This document shows, piece after piece, positions 26,013-37,900 of a DNA stretch of 64,000 nucleotides. The DNA is taken from assembly GCA_000388065.2 (NCBI GenBank), contig KB932206.1. The stretch is one strand, 5' to 3'. The stretch's first letter is position 1; every line of letters starts with the position of its first letter. The notes beneath the pieces are model-generated. The model ran no database searches. It saw only the letters and a program-made list of their open reading frames with translations, and had not been told where the DNA came from. Source of the DNA: Fonticula alba ATCC 38817 (lineage: Eukaryota; Protista; Nucleariida). A program made the translations under genes and the position numbers.

Positions 26013-27191
26013 CAGTGGGACCGACGGAGCACACGTACATCATCGGATGAGGCGAAGCATCGGCCAGATCAGGACGGAAGGACAGGAACGCAAGTACCCG
26101 AGACCAGGCACTGAATTAAAGGACGGGGGAGGGGGGGGGGAGGGGTGAGGGACAATCCAAAGAGAACCAAGCAGAGATGGGAGATGGAGGGGGAGAGGGG
26201 GGGGGGGGGGGGGGGGCACGCACTGCCCCGATCGGAGAATCTCAAAGTGCTGCATATGCTCGGCAACCTGGACAGGGTCCTTTTCGGTATTACTTCAAAC
26301 GGGACGGCACGGGACGGAGGAAGGTGGACAAGGGATCAGAACAAGCAATAGGCAGGATGGCGTGGCAAAAGCGGGAGGGGGGGACAATATCAGGGCCACC
26401 GGTGATGGGCGTACAACAGCAGGAAGAATGCAACCTGGGCAAGCTCGTCTGATGTGCGGATTCGCGGGGGAGGGAGGAGAGAGGGGGGCGGGGGAAAGGG
26501 GAGATGAGAAGGAGGAAAACAACGATGGCCAGCAGAGATGTGACGCAGGAGTGAGGATGGGCCGACACCGAGTCGGGGAAGGCGCACCAGTTGGAAATTT
26601 CCTGTTCGAGCGGAAAGCTACGCCAGCAGGGCGGGGACGAGGGCGGTGAGTTGACAGATCCGGCAGACGAACAACACCTCAGGGAGAAGGCTGAAACGCA
26701 CAGGACGCCGCGTAAAACAGAAAGATCTTGGCGTTGTTGGTGCGGATCGTGCTGAATGGCATTGGCTTGTCCGGGACATTCAGCGCGATGTAGTGCTCCT
26801 CGGCCAATGCGACCTCCAAAGACATCTTGGCCAGCTTGGAGGACTTTTTGTCGGATTTGGTCGTCTCGGCATTCGTCGCGGGTGGAGGCTGGACAGAAGG
26901 TCAGGACTGGGGCCTCCGCGGTTGAAGGGAGAACGCGGCGATCGAGGGAATGTACCTTGTCGGCTGGCGAATAGGGCACCTCCGAGAAGAGGTCTTCCGG
27001 AAACTCGTGGTCGGAAGTCAACGCGCTGAGGCTATTGGAGGGGGAGGGGGGGGGGAGGTCGGGGGAGGACGAGAGGGTCAGAACGCCTGCATATGTGTGA
27101 GGCGAGGGGAGCCGCGAATGGCGCACATGGATCTGACAAGCTTGGGTGCCACCATGGGGGACACCTCAATCAGGCTGGCGTCATCAGCCAT
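21240..27191 (-). CDS. Large multi-exon hypothetical protein (about 13-14 exons, roughly 1,400 aa): unrecognised N-terminal region, Ala-rich coiled coil, Lys/Ala repeats, Pro-rich tail
   Basis: ATG at 27191 (MADDASLIEVSPMVAPKL). Short exons join in frame at GTGCG/GTACG donors and YAG acceptors, some with branch-like GACTAAC/GCTAAC. The terminal exon is over 800 codons (about 23730-21240). Two or three junctions are unresolved. No family recognised. Confidence 0.75.
21831..21898 (-). repeat. 12-nt coding tandem repeat encoding (KAAA)n
   Basis: GCCGCCTTGGCT units on the + strand; protein reads KAASKAAAKAAAKAAAKAAAKAATKA. Confidence 0.85.
22369..22470 (-). repeat. 18-nt coding tandem repeat encoding (AQAAAA)n
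   Basis: GCCGCAGCCGCAGCCTGA-type units on the + strand; protein reads AQAAAQAAAAAAAQAAAAAQAAAAAQ. Confidence 0.85.
23811..23948. repeat. (GA)n microsatellite forming the (CT)n tract of an orphan-gene intron
   Basis: Long imperfect GA run on the + strand, inside a - strand intron. Confidence 0.85.
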
Positions 27192-28316
27192 CTTTGCTTG
27201 GGGGAGCTGGGGATGAGGCCGGCAGGGAGTCCCACGTCCTCCGAGAGGTGGAGGTGTGGGAGAGCGTGAAATGTAGATGCCGGGAGAGGGGAGGGGGGGA
27301 GGCGAGACCCGGGGAAGGGAAGGGAGGTACTGGGCAGGGAGGAGGCAAGAGCGAAGGAGAAGAGGGCGGGCTGAGGTGATGCAATAAAAAAAGATCAGTG
27401 AGAGGACGGATAGGACAACCAGCCGTGGGTGTGCGGGGATCTTGGTGGCTCCTGAATAAGGGCGTGGATCCCGGCCCCAGGGGAGGTTGAAATGATGCCC
27501 CAATCGCAGAGGCCGGGAGCCGGGCAGCACAAGACGCGAAGAAGGCACGAGCAAGGGATAATAATAGTCCAGTGGGGAGAAGATGGGGAGGGAGGGTGGC
27601 AGTTCGCGCCATTGCCAGGGCGAGGGCCGTGGGTGGTCATGCGCGCTATCACGTGCCGTCCCGTGATGTGGCCAGTCGACTGACACCCGAATCAGCTCCA
27701 CCGGTCCGGATCGCCCGGACAGTGCAGGCCTCCATCGCCGGTGGACGCGCACGCCCCCCCTCCCCCCCCTCCCCCGCCTGCGCGAATGTGCGAGGCAACG
27801 CCAGCATTTTGGCAGACGTGGGGGGGGGGGGGGGGGATGGGAGACAGAGGTGTCTGTCGCCCGCCCACCCGAACAGACCGAGGAGGGAAGGGGGGCGTGC
27901 GCTGGCAGCCCCCACCAGACCTTGGGCCGGCGGTTGCCGAGCAAATCGAACGCGAACACCGCCTAGACGCCTCATTCTCCCCAGGGGGGAGTCAGCTCCG
28001 TCTGCCTGGATCAGGAGTCCCGAGCGAGACGCGCGCGCGCGCCCTGGCGCCGGCTCCCCTTTCATGCTGGACTTCTTTCTATCTCTTTTGCCCGGTCCCC
28101 CGCCCGCCCCCCGCCCCCCCGCCCCCCCCTCCGCCGTGCCCCAGGGCACACGAATCGCGGTGGTCTTCCTCATCCCCATCGAGAGGGCCCAACCTGCCAG
28201 CCCACCAGGAATCAAATCCCCTCAACAGTCCTCCTCTTCTGCCGCATCTCCCCTGCCCCCGCCCCCCTCGCCCCTTTCCTGCGCCCCGCCCCTTCGCAAA
28301 CCGACACACCCTCACC

Positions 28317-28688
28317 ATGGAGCACCGTATCGATAGGCAGGAGTTCATTGGCCACTTCCTGGACGCCATGGCCCAACGGCCGATCCAGGTCCCGATGGTG
28401 GACTCCAGTCAGGTGGCCTCGGCTGGCGACGAATCGTACAAGATCCGCCTCTCGGTGGTCGGCGTGAAGGCCAAGCCGACCGATGCCCTGGAGGTCCCGG
28501 GCACCGCCACCATCGGCGATGTGTACTCCAAGATCGCCGAGGCCCTCTTCCAGCTCCCCGGCGCCGAGGGGAAGTCCCTGCGCCTGGTCTTCAATGGCCA
28601 TGTCATCGCCGAGGGGTCGCCTCGGTTGGCCGTCGAGTTTTTCAAGACCAACCTCTCGCCCCTGTGCCATGCTATTCTGAAGGACTGA
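28317..28688 (+). CDS. 123-aa single-exon protein: Get5/Mdy2-type N-terminal motif plus ubiquitin-like domain
   Basis: ATG in a CACCATGG context with GC3-rich codons. N-terminal FIGHFLDAMAQRPIQVP fits the recalled fungal Get5 N-domain pattern F-x3-FL-x2-L-x2-RPI-x-LP. The C-terminal part has a UBL pattern (IRLSV, TIGDVYSKI, LRLVFNGHVI, CHAILK). Confidence 0.7.
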   Translation: MEHRIDRQEFIGHFLDAMAQRPIQVPMVDSSQVASAGDESYKIRLSVVGVKAKPTDALEVPGTATIGDVYSKIAEALFQLPGAEGKSLRLVFNGHVIAEGSPRLAVEFFKTNLSPLCHAILKD

Positions 28689-29147
28689 ATTCTGACGGTG
28701 GGTCCCATGGGCGTCACCATACCACACCCTTTGCCATGGTGGTTGCGCGCCCGAACGCGTGTGCATGGCTTGCGCCTACGCCTGCAATATACATCCATAA
28801 ATACATACACATTTACATGTATCTACGCACGCACGCGCGCGTGCGCGTTTGGGTATGCCTGCCCGCATCCCGTATGATGTCTTCTGTCCCCTGCTCCCTG
28901 TTCCGGCCTGGGGGGAGGGGGGGGGGGGCGGGGCGTATTCCCCCTACCCCTCCAACACACACACACACACACACACACACCTATGGTCATAAACATGCAA
29001 GCCCCCCAAGCCCCGAGGCCCAGTGACGCTGTGTCGGCAGAAAAAAAAACATCACACAGACACCTGTATACATACAAAGGGGCACATGCGTCCCGAGGGG
29101 AGGACATGAGGGCCCTTCGCAAACAACGGGCAAGCCACTTCCCGAGG

Positions 29148-31169
29148 CTACACCGAGTAGCCGAGCTGCTTGATGAGGTTCTCGCAGGCTCGGCGTCGGT
29201 TTCGGTTGGCCGTGCTCCAGGATCCAAGGAGTGACCGGTGCCGGTAAATGGCCCGCGCCAGGTTGTCCCGCTCGGTGCGCGACGAACAGCTGATCCCCCG
29301 CAGCGAGAGCGAAGACAGCTTGGTGGTGGAGAGCGATAGAACACGAGCGATCTTCCGTGTGTAGGGGGCGGAGCGGGAGAAAGGAGCGACGAGAGTGAGC
29401 AAAGGGTTTGGGGGGGGGGGCGGCCATCCAGGTGGCGACAACAACAGCGAGCCGGAGAGCGCCAGAAAGAGAAGGAAGAAAAAGGGGAGACACATGAAAA
29501 GGGAACGGATGCACACCTCAGCCACATCGAAGAAGAGAGCCTCGCACATGCCCAGATTCCCCACCGACTGGTTGATCGACCGGGTCAACACAGCCACCAA
29601 CACACAGATGGCATATGCGCCGGCGCGGTCGACCCCGGCCTCGGAGCTGTCCGCCTCGGAGAAGAGTGTCGAGGCATTCGGCAAGTCACGACTGGCGCCG
29701 GGAGTGCTGGCACCCGCGAGACCAGGCGCGCCGCCACTCCCCAAGCCTGCCCCCGGGCCGCCACCAGGACCACCGAAGGACCGGCGCGCTCCCCCGGGAA
29801 GGTCGCCCAGCGGCGCAACACCCAGCGACCCCCGGGGCCCGGCTGCCGGGGCGCCCGATCCACGGGATGGGTCCTTCGCCTGCTTGCTGCCCACTGCCCC
29901 GGCGGCCAGGCCGCACAGCCGCCCAAGGAGCAGGTCGCGCGAGCGCTCGGCCACCGCCAGGGCCACGATATTGCGCACATCGCCCGGGACATCGAGCGCC
30001 GACAGGGTCGACTGAATGTAGAGCCCCACTTCGCTGTCGGCCAGCTGGAAGAATTTCAAGCCAAGACCACTGCGGAAGCGGCCAGCCGCATCGGCCGCCC
30101 CCGAGCCGGGCCCCTCGCCGAGGCTGGCCCCGGCCCCGGGCCCCGGGGCCGACATGGATGCCAGCGACCGGGCCGAGGTGACAGACGGCGTGGGCGAGGG
30201 AGGCCGTGAAGACCCAGCCCGTGAGACGATGCCACTGATGCTCGGACTGCGGCTGAGGTTGCCTGGCGAGCTGGCCCCCTCCGGCAGGTGCCCAGGCGAG
30301 AGGGATGCCCTCGAGCCGGAAGACAACGAGTCGCCACTGGCGACATTGGTGTTGGTCGATGAGAAGGCCGAGAAGAGCCGGAATCCGGAAAAGCGCGGGC
30401 TGCCGGGCGAACCGGCCGACGAGGCCATTTGACTGGATGCCTCGATGGCGGCCGCCTCGGCCGACTCCAGCAGCTCCTGCTCATCGAGGAAGTCCCCGGA
30501 CCCGGTTTCCTTGGACGCCTGGACCTCGGCCTGTGCCTGGCCATAGAAGGTCTCGAAGCAGCTCTCCACGCGGATGATCAGGCACCGGGAAACGAAGTCG
30601 TGGCATCGGGCGATGGCTGCCACGGCGGCCAGCTCCGCTTCGGCCAAGTGCACCCCGACGCCGCGATCGGCCGTTCGTTCGCGCGCCGCCCGCTCGGCCA
30701 CCTTCGGGATGACTCGGTTAGACATGAAGTGGGCCGTTTTCAGGCTGAGCGCCGCTTCATGGGGGGTGAAGTCCGCCGGCGAAAGGGACTCCAAGGGCGG
30801 GGAGATGACCAGGCACGCGCGCGACAGGAGGCTCTCAACAAACCGGACAATGGCATAGTCGCTGTCTGAGGAAGATGCATGCGGGAAGCCACTGGCAAAG
30901 GCGTACGCCCCGTCGATGAAGAGGACCAGCTCTCGGAGCAGCCGGCGCATGCTGTTCAGGGAAGTCTCCACCGACAGCAGGGCCGGGGCATTGGCCAGGG
31001 CCGCGGCATCGTGCGGCGGCCCGGACGTCAGGGCTGTCATGGATGAGAGAATGCTTCGGAGATCGGGGGTTGTCAGCTCCAGATGCTTGGCCAGCAGGCG
31101 CGACAGGAGATCCAGCAAATGGCCGGTATACAGGGCACCGGTGGGTCCGGAGCCGATTGCCGTCGCTGA

Positions 31170-31204
<35 letters not shown>

Positions 31205-34015
31205 TGACTTCCTGCTCGGTGGAACGCGGCCCAAACAGGGGAGCCGCGCGAACGGCCTGCCCATTGGCGGCACCCGCATTTCCCGGGCCACCGGCCGCAG
31301 GGGCAGTTGGACCAGATCCGGCCCCAGCCCCGGTCGCGGCCCCGGTCGCCGAGGAACCCGGCAAGGCCCCACGCGAGGTCAAGTACTCAAGCGCCCGGTG
31401 CCCATCTAGCGAGTAGGCTGACGAGATGTCCGCCGACTCCAGGGGCGACATGAGCGAGGTGGCCGCCGAAACGAAGGCCAAAATCCGGCACCGCAAGGCC
31501 AGGAGCGATTGCTTCGAATGCACCGAGTTGATGACCGGGGCAAGCAGTGCCAGCAGGCGCTGCGTGGCGAACACCCACAGCTCGGAAACCTGCACACGGG
31601 AATGCCCACCAGAAAGAGAGGGAGGGGGGGGGGGAGTTAGCCAAATGCACCATTGCCCCGGGTGCGCCGCCCTCGCCGCAAACAACATACCAGCTTGAAG
31701 TCCGTGATGTGCTCCAGCCAGGAGTAGGCGGCCGCCGCCTCGATGGCAAAGAAGCCCACCACATCTGACAGGACTTGATCGGCCTTCAGCAACTCGGAGG
31801 GGGAGATGTCAACCCCCGGAGGGGCACGGGGCCCGGGCGATCCGAGAGACCGCCGCGACTCGGGGAACCCATGCTCCGAGCCACCCTCGCCCGGGGACAG
31901 CCCGGTGGAGGAGGACTCCGATTGCAGGGACACGGTCAGGGCCAGGTCGAGCTGGAGCTTGCGATTCTTCGCGTAATACTGCGCCAGGGTGGCGAAGGTG
32001 CCCAGGGTGGCGGCGATGTGCTGCGACCGGTAGAGCGGCACGAAGGACACCAAATCCTCCACCGACTCGATGATCGGGGTGGATGCCAGCATGTCGGAGA
32101 TGACCGACCCCGGGGGCCGACCGGCCGGCGAGGCTGCCCCCATGCTGGTGATGGCCGTCAGCGAGTGCGACGCCGTATTGAAGCCAGCCACCTCGTGCAC
32201 TGGCAGGGAGAAGATTTGCCCGCTTTGGGGCAGGGTTTGGGTGGACTGGCCAAGCAGCAGGATGGCCGCCTGAAGTCGGGCCCGGCCGACCTCCTGCGCC
32301 ACCGAGCGAATCCTGGCGAGGTGAGGATAGAGGGAGGTGAGAAGAAAGCAGCAGGAGCCCCCCGAGGCCGGTGTCAGGGCTCAAGGAAGACAGCGCGGGG
32401 GCGGGGCGGGGCGGGGCGGGGCGGGGGGGGGGGGGGGGCGGGGCGGGAGGCGAGAGGGGCAAAGGCCGGACGCACTGCTCAAGCCACTTTTGGAGCTCAT
32501 CCCGCGCGCGGGACAGGATCCACGCCCGGACATCGGCCACAAAGAGCACCACCGACTGGTCCAACGGACTGAGCAGGGGATTCCGACCGGACCCGGCACT
32601 GCCGGCGGCGGCGGCCTCGGCCGAATTGAGGCCATCGCCAAGACGCCCGGCCGTGGAAGATGACGGCCCGGAAACCCCGCCGCCATAGGCATGCAGCAGG
32701 GGCGCATGCGTCGTGGTGAGGGCCATATTTTGGATGGTGCTGTAGAGCCGCTCGCACGTTCGGATGGCGGCATAGTACTTCTTGGAGTGCGTCCGACTGA
32801 GGATTTCGCCCACCGCCAAGACCGTCAGCCGGGCCCGATGCAGGGTCCCCTTGGCTCGAGTGATGTTCTTCTTGGCACGATTTACCTTTTCGATGTAGCC
32901 ATCCTGCCAGCGAGCGGCCAAAAGTGGGCGAACAAAGGAAGGTGACAACCAAGTCAGCAAGACCCCGAAGGAGGGCAGACACATGCAGGGAGGCCGGGGA
33001 CCGGGCGTGAAACACGCACAAACAGGAGAAGCTCATTGCCCGAGCCCTCCAGGCACTCGGCCAGGGTGCGAATCGATTCGGCCAGGCCGATGGCCGCCGC
33101 ATGGCTGCCCTGGAGCTTCTCCACACTGGACACGAAGGCCTCATAGTGGTCGGTGCAGAGGCGAACGATTTGCGCGTGGCGCGCATCTCGGCACTGGATC
33201 AATGACTGGTGGAAGGCCCGCACCGCAGCCGGCGTGGCGATGGACAGGACCTCGGTCGCGGCCGATGCCTTGGCTCGCATGCCCTTGCCGTCGGTGCCAG
33301 CTCCGCCCGGGCCCCCGGCCCCGGCCGTGGTGTACAAATCACGCAACATCGACCCGAGGGTCGGTGGCAGGGACACCGACGCGGCGCTGGGCCGGATAAC
33401 CGGCCCATCCAGGTGCTCGCCATAGGCATAGGTGAAGGCACTGCTGGACCCCGCTCCCCCGGCAGCGGTACCACTCAGCGAGGCGGTCGAGGTGGACCGC
33501 TTGTATGCCCCAGCCCCGGGACCGGAAGGGGCAGGCCCCCCTGAGGAGGGCCCGGCCCCGGGGCCTGCCTCCGGGGCCTGAAAGATCCGGGCCGAGGGCC
33601 CGGCCCCGGCCCCTGGCTGATTGCCGGTCAGCCGGGGGCTGAACATGAGAGGCTGAAGGGACTTGAGCGAGGCAGTCGATCCGGCCACCTGGGAGGCCGA
33701 CGCCGAGGCCACTGACGCCAAGGCCATCGATCGGGATGCTCCCAATCCCGAGCCCGCGCCGGGGCCCTGCTCGGTCGGGCTCGACGGACGCGAAGAATCC
33801 GAATCATCGGGATCCTCGACGGCCAGCGGTCCCCCACCAAGCAGCGCCCCGCTGGCAGCCAACAGGGCATCCTGCGGTGAGGAGAGCGAAGAAAAGAGGT
33901 TTTGCAAAACGAAGTCCGGCCGGTTGGACGGGTCCAGGATGCTGGAGCGCGTGGCGGCGAAGCCTACCGGCGAGAGGACCAACTGGTCGGCGAAGGAGCG
34001 AAAATCCTCGGACAT
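29148..34015 (-). CDS. EXOC6: Exocyst subunit Sec15; exons 34015-33020, 32903-32476, 32312-31691, 31589-29517, 29351-29148
   Basis: QIVRLCTDHYEAFVSSVEKL, KKYYAAIRTCERL, VSFVPLYRSQHIAATLG...YYAKNRKLQ and VVGFFAIE align in order with Sec15/EXOC6 motifs. Long Gly/Ala/Ser inserts lie between them. Confidence 0.9.
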
Positions 34016-34988
34016 GACTGCGGAGTTTCGTCGGGGGGCCGGGTCGGCGCGCCCCTTGGCGGGGAGGGAGGGCGGGAGGGGGAGGGGGCACTTAACGGCG
34101 AGGAAAGGGGGGAGGCAGAGAGAGAGGGGGGGGGAAGGGAATGTCCAAGGGGAGAGGGGGGGGGGGAGAAGGCGCGGAGGAAAGACGGGGACACAGTCCA
34201 TGAAGCGATTCCCCGAGGATCTCCCAGCCCAGCACACAGGCGGTCTAAATTCCATCCGCCTGCCGGTGGGGTGTCCTGGGCGGCGGGCCGGAAAAGGCAT
34301 CGGTCGGCACATCCCCCTGCGGTAGACCGGCCCATCCAGGCCGCGGGGATTCCCCGGCGGCAGAGTGCGATCACCCGGCTATCTGCCCCGNNNNNNNNNN
34401 NNNNNNNNNNNNNNNNNNNNNNNNNNNNNNNNNNNNNNNNNNNNNNNNNNNNNNNNNNNNNNNNNNNNNNNNNNNNNNNNNNNNNNNNNNNNNNNNNNNN
34501 NNNNNNNNNNNNNNNNNNCCTTTGCCAGGCCCTGGTACTCGCGGTTGCGAGGCGGCCAGCGGGAAGCAGCCAAGGAGCGTCCTGCCCGGACTCCAGGTGC
34601 CAACGAATGGAGCGACTCGAGCATTCCTCCACGCCTCAAATTCAAACAAGCCTCAACAAAAAAAAGACACGCCAGGCAACGCGCTGCGCGTGGCAAAGAG
34701 GGAGAGAGAGAGAGAGAGAACACCGATGAGAGAGCGTGGCGTAAATGATGCCCAAGCCACCACACGGGAAGGACAAGGGGAAGGTTGGACGAAGGACTTG
34801 GATGTTGGTGTATTTGGGGAAGGCGGAGGAGGCACTTCTGTGACTCGCCAACACCAGCTGAAGCGCAGGAAGAGAGTGCTGACAGATGAAGAAGGACATC
34901 GGAAGTTGAGAGAGAGAGAGAGAGAGGGGGGGGGAGAGAGCGCGTGCGCACGGCGCCTGTGCCAGCACCTCCTGACACATCAACGAAC

Positions 34989-37900
34989 TCACGTCCTCGG
35001 CGAGTAGACACTGATGATGGAGTCGATGAAGCCGGCGGCCAAAGTCATGTGCACCGGGTGGAAGGCCAGACAACTGACCGGCGCCAGACGCTGGCCAAGG
35101 AAGCCCAGGTGGTACCGAATGGATCCCACCGACTGACTGTCCGGCGTGAAGACCTGGATGTACTGCTGCTCGTAGCCACTGTGGCAGGGAGGCAGGGAAG
35201 GGATCATTGCCCAGGCAAAGGACCAACATGGGGTTACGGGGTTAGTGAAGGAGGAAAGGAGGGGGAATCAGATGGAGGGGGGGCAGGTAGAAATGAGAGA
35301 GAGAGAAATGAAGGAGAAATGAAAAGGACAAGTAAAGTCCAACGGACCAGGCAAGCAGCGGCGCGCGGTCGTGCACCGTCAGTGCGGTCAGCCCGCCCCC
35401 GCCACTGGGTGTGGAAATGGTGTTGATGAGCCCGGGCAGGGGGGCCCCAGGAGCCGGGGCCCCGGGGAAGGGCGGCCCTCCAAGCATTGGCGATCCGCCG
35501 AAAGTCGACGCCACTCGCAGGTCCCACACATTGACAATGCCGTCATTGCTGCCGGTGACCAGATGGTGCACTGAGCCGAAGCCCCAGTTGGACACCCGAG
35601 GCACACACGACGCTCTTCCGATCTCCCAGGAGCCGGGGCCCCGGGGAAGGGCGGCCCTCCAAGCATTGGCGATCCGCCGAAAGTCGACGCCACTCGCAGG
35701 TCCCACACATTGACAATGCCGTCATTGCTGCCGGTGACCAGATGGTGCACTGAGCCGAAGCCCCAGTTGGACACCCGAGGCACATGGGTGGTGACGACGT
35801 AGCCATTGTGCGCCCGGCCCAGCTCGCGGATGAGCGCCGACCGTGAGGGACAGCGCCGGTCGAATATCCGCACCGAGCCATCGGCGAAGCCGACCACCAG
35901 CGAGTGGGGCTGATTCGGGTCCGAAGTGATGGAGGAGGCCGCCACGCGCGGAGGGGCCGAGGCTGCCGCCGCGGCCGACGCCGCTGCCACCCCGGCGTGC
36001 AGACGCCCAGGTCCGGCCCCGGCGAAGTGGCCGAGTCCGGCCCCGGCCCCAGGGGCCGAGGTGTCAAACTCATGAACGCACACCTCACGCGCGGCGTCCC
36101 ATACCCGGATGGATGACGAATTGCCGGCCACATTCAACAGTCCGGTCGATTGCTGCCAGTCGAAGACCAGATCCGAGGTGGAATTATTATCTGTAGGATG
36201 GCGGGAGGGAGGCAGAAAGAGCGAAGAGTCAGGGAGAGTTGGGAGGTGACCTGAGAAAAAGATGCAAAGCGGAGGGAGGAGAGGGAGGAGAGGAGAGGGA
36301 GGGGAGGAGAGGAAAGGGAGGGGAGGAGAGGAGAGGGAGGAGAGGGAGGAGAGGGAGGAGAAGAAGGGAGGAGAAGAAGGGAGGAGAAGAAGGGAGGAGA
36401 AGAAGGGAGGAGAAGAAGGGAGGGAGGAGAGGGAGGAGAGGGAGGGAGGAGAGGGAGGGAGAAAGGGAGAGGGAGCCATGGGAACGCACTGCTCGAATGA
36501 GGCGAGATGTCGCTGAGCGCACGCCAGGCCGAGATACACCGGACATTGCGCGGATTGGCGTAATCGGCAAAGATCTTGACAACACCATCCGAAGATCCGG
36601 TCATCAGCAGGGTGTTGGCATCGTCCAGCTCATTCATGAAGCTCAGCGCGGTCACTCGACGCCGAGAGGTTGACGAGGGGTTGAAACAGGCCGGCATCAG
36701 CGAGGCGAAGGCATCGCAGACAGGCTGCGTATTGTGCACCGGCCGTGACAGGCCGGAGTAGTGTGGCATCGCCAGGGACGAGTGGTTGACAAACAGGTTG
36801 GACTTGGTGTTGCTGTTCATGTCCCAGACACTGAAATGAAGAAGGCCGGGGGCGGCGTAGAGAGGGGGGAGGGGAGAAAGAGGTGAAGAATAAGGCGGCG
36901 GAAGTGCGGAGAGAGTGGGCAGAGAGAGAGAGAGAGAGAAAGAAAGAAAGAAGACGGGTCAATAGATGAACGGCGAACTGAGGGCGGAGCGGAGGGCAGC
37001 GGGGAAACACGCTCGTAGGAGCCCTTCGCACCTGATGCATCCATGCTCGTCGGCCGCCACCAGCTGCGACTCCACCGAGTGCCAGAGGAGCTGACTGACA
37101 AAGCCGCTCGGACCGCCGGACGAAGCATTCAGCCCGCCGTGCGCCGACCCATGCGCCAGATGCCCGGTCCCCGGGGCGCCGGGGCTGGAGAATGACATCG
37201 AGTCGGACATCGGCCCGGAAATGGCCGCCGTCAAGGTGGCCACCCCGGTGTGAGAGAGGTTGTAAACATTGGACGAGTGCCCAGGCAGCAGGCCCGAGTT
37301 GTTGTCCAGCATGGCCACTTGGTCTTCGAGGCGCCAGCGGGAACGCTCATCCTCGGACCCGAGGGTGCCATCCCCGCCCGGGCCACCGGAGCCACCTGGG
37401 CCACCGCCAGATGGGCCACTGGTCCGGCGATCGCGCCTACGCTGCCGGGGCAGCGTGCCACCGTCGCCCGTGGACGAGGGCCGACCGCCGCCCGAGCCGG
37501 CCTTGTCGCCAGGACCACCGCCCGGGCCGCCCACGCCGCCGGAAGAGCTCGACCCAGCGGAAAAGATGCCGGTCGGGTGCGCCGGGGGCAGGATCACCGG
37601 CGGCGGGAGAAGCAGAGCCCGCGCACCGGGAGGACTGCCAAGTAGAGGCGCCCCGGCCGGGGTCAGGGGCAACCCGGCGAGCCCCGGCGATCCGCCAGCC
37701 ACCGGGGCCGACGCCGGCAAACCAAACCCGAGTCCCGGGGAATCCAGCGACCCGGTCGAGTGAAGCGCCTCGGTGGAGGCCGATGCCGACAGCGCCATCC
37801 CCTGCAGCGACAGGCGGTCCAACGAGGAGGGCGACCCGGAAGAAGGCCCGACAGGGCGTGGCACACGTGCCGCAGGGGGCAAACTCCACACCGGCGGTGG

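Noticed and set aside
35242-36539. Apparent Raptor pseudogenisation or duplicated WD40 blade
   Set aside because: Fully explained by the adapter-containing 179-bp insertion.
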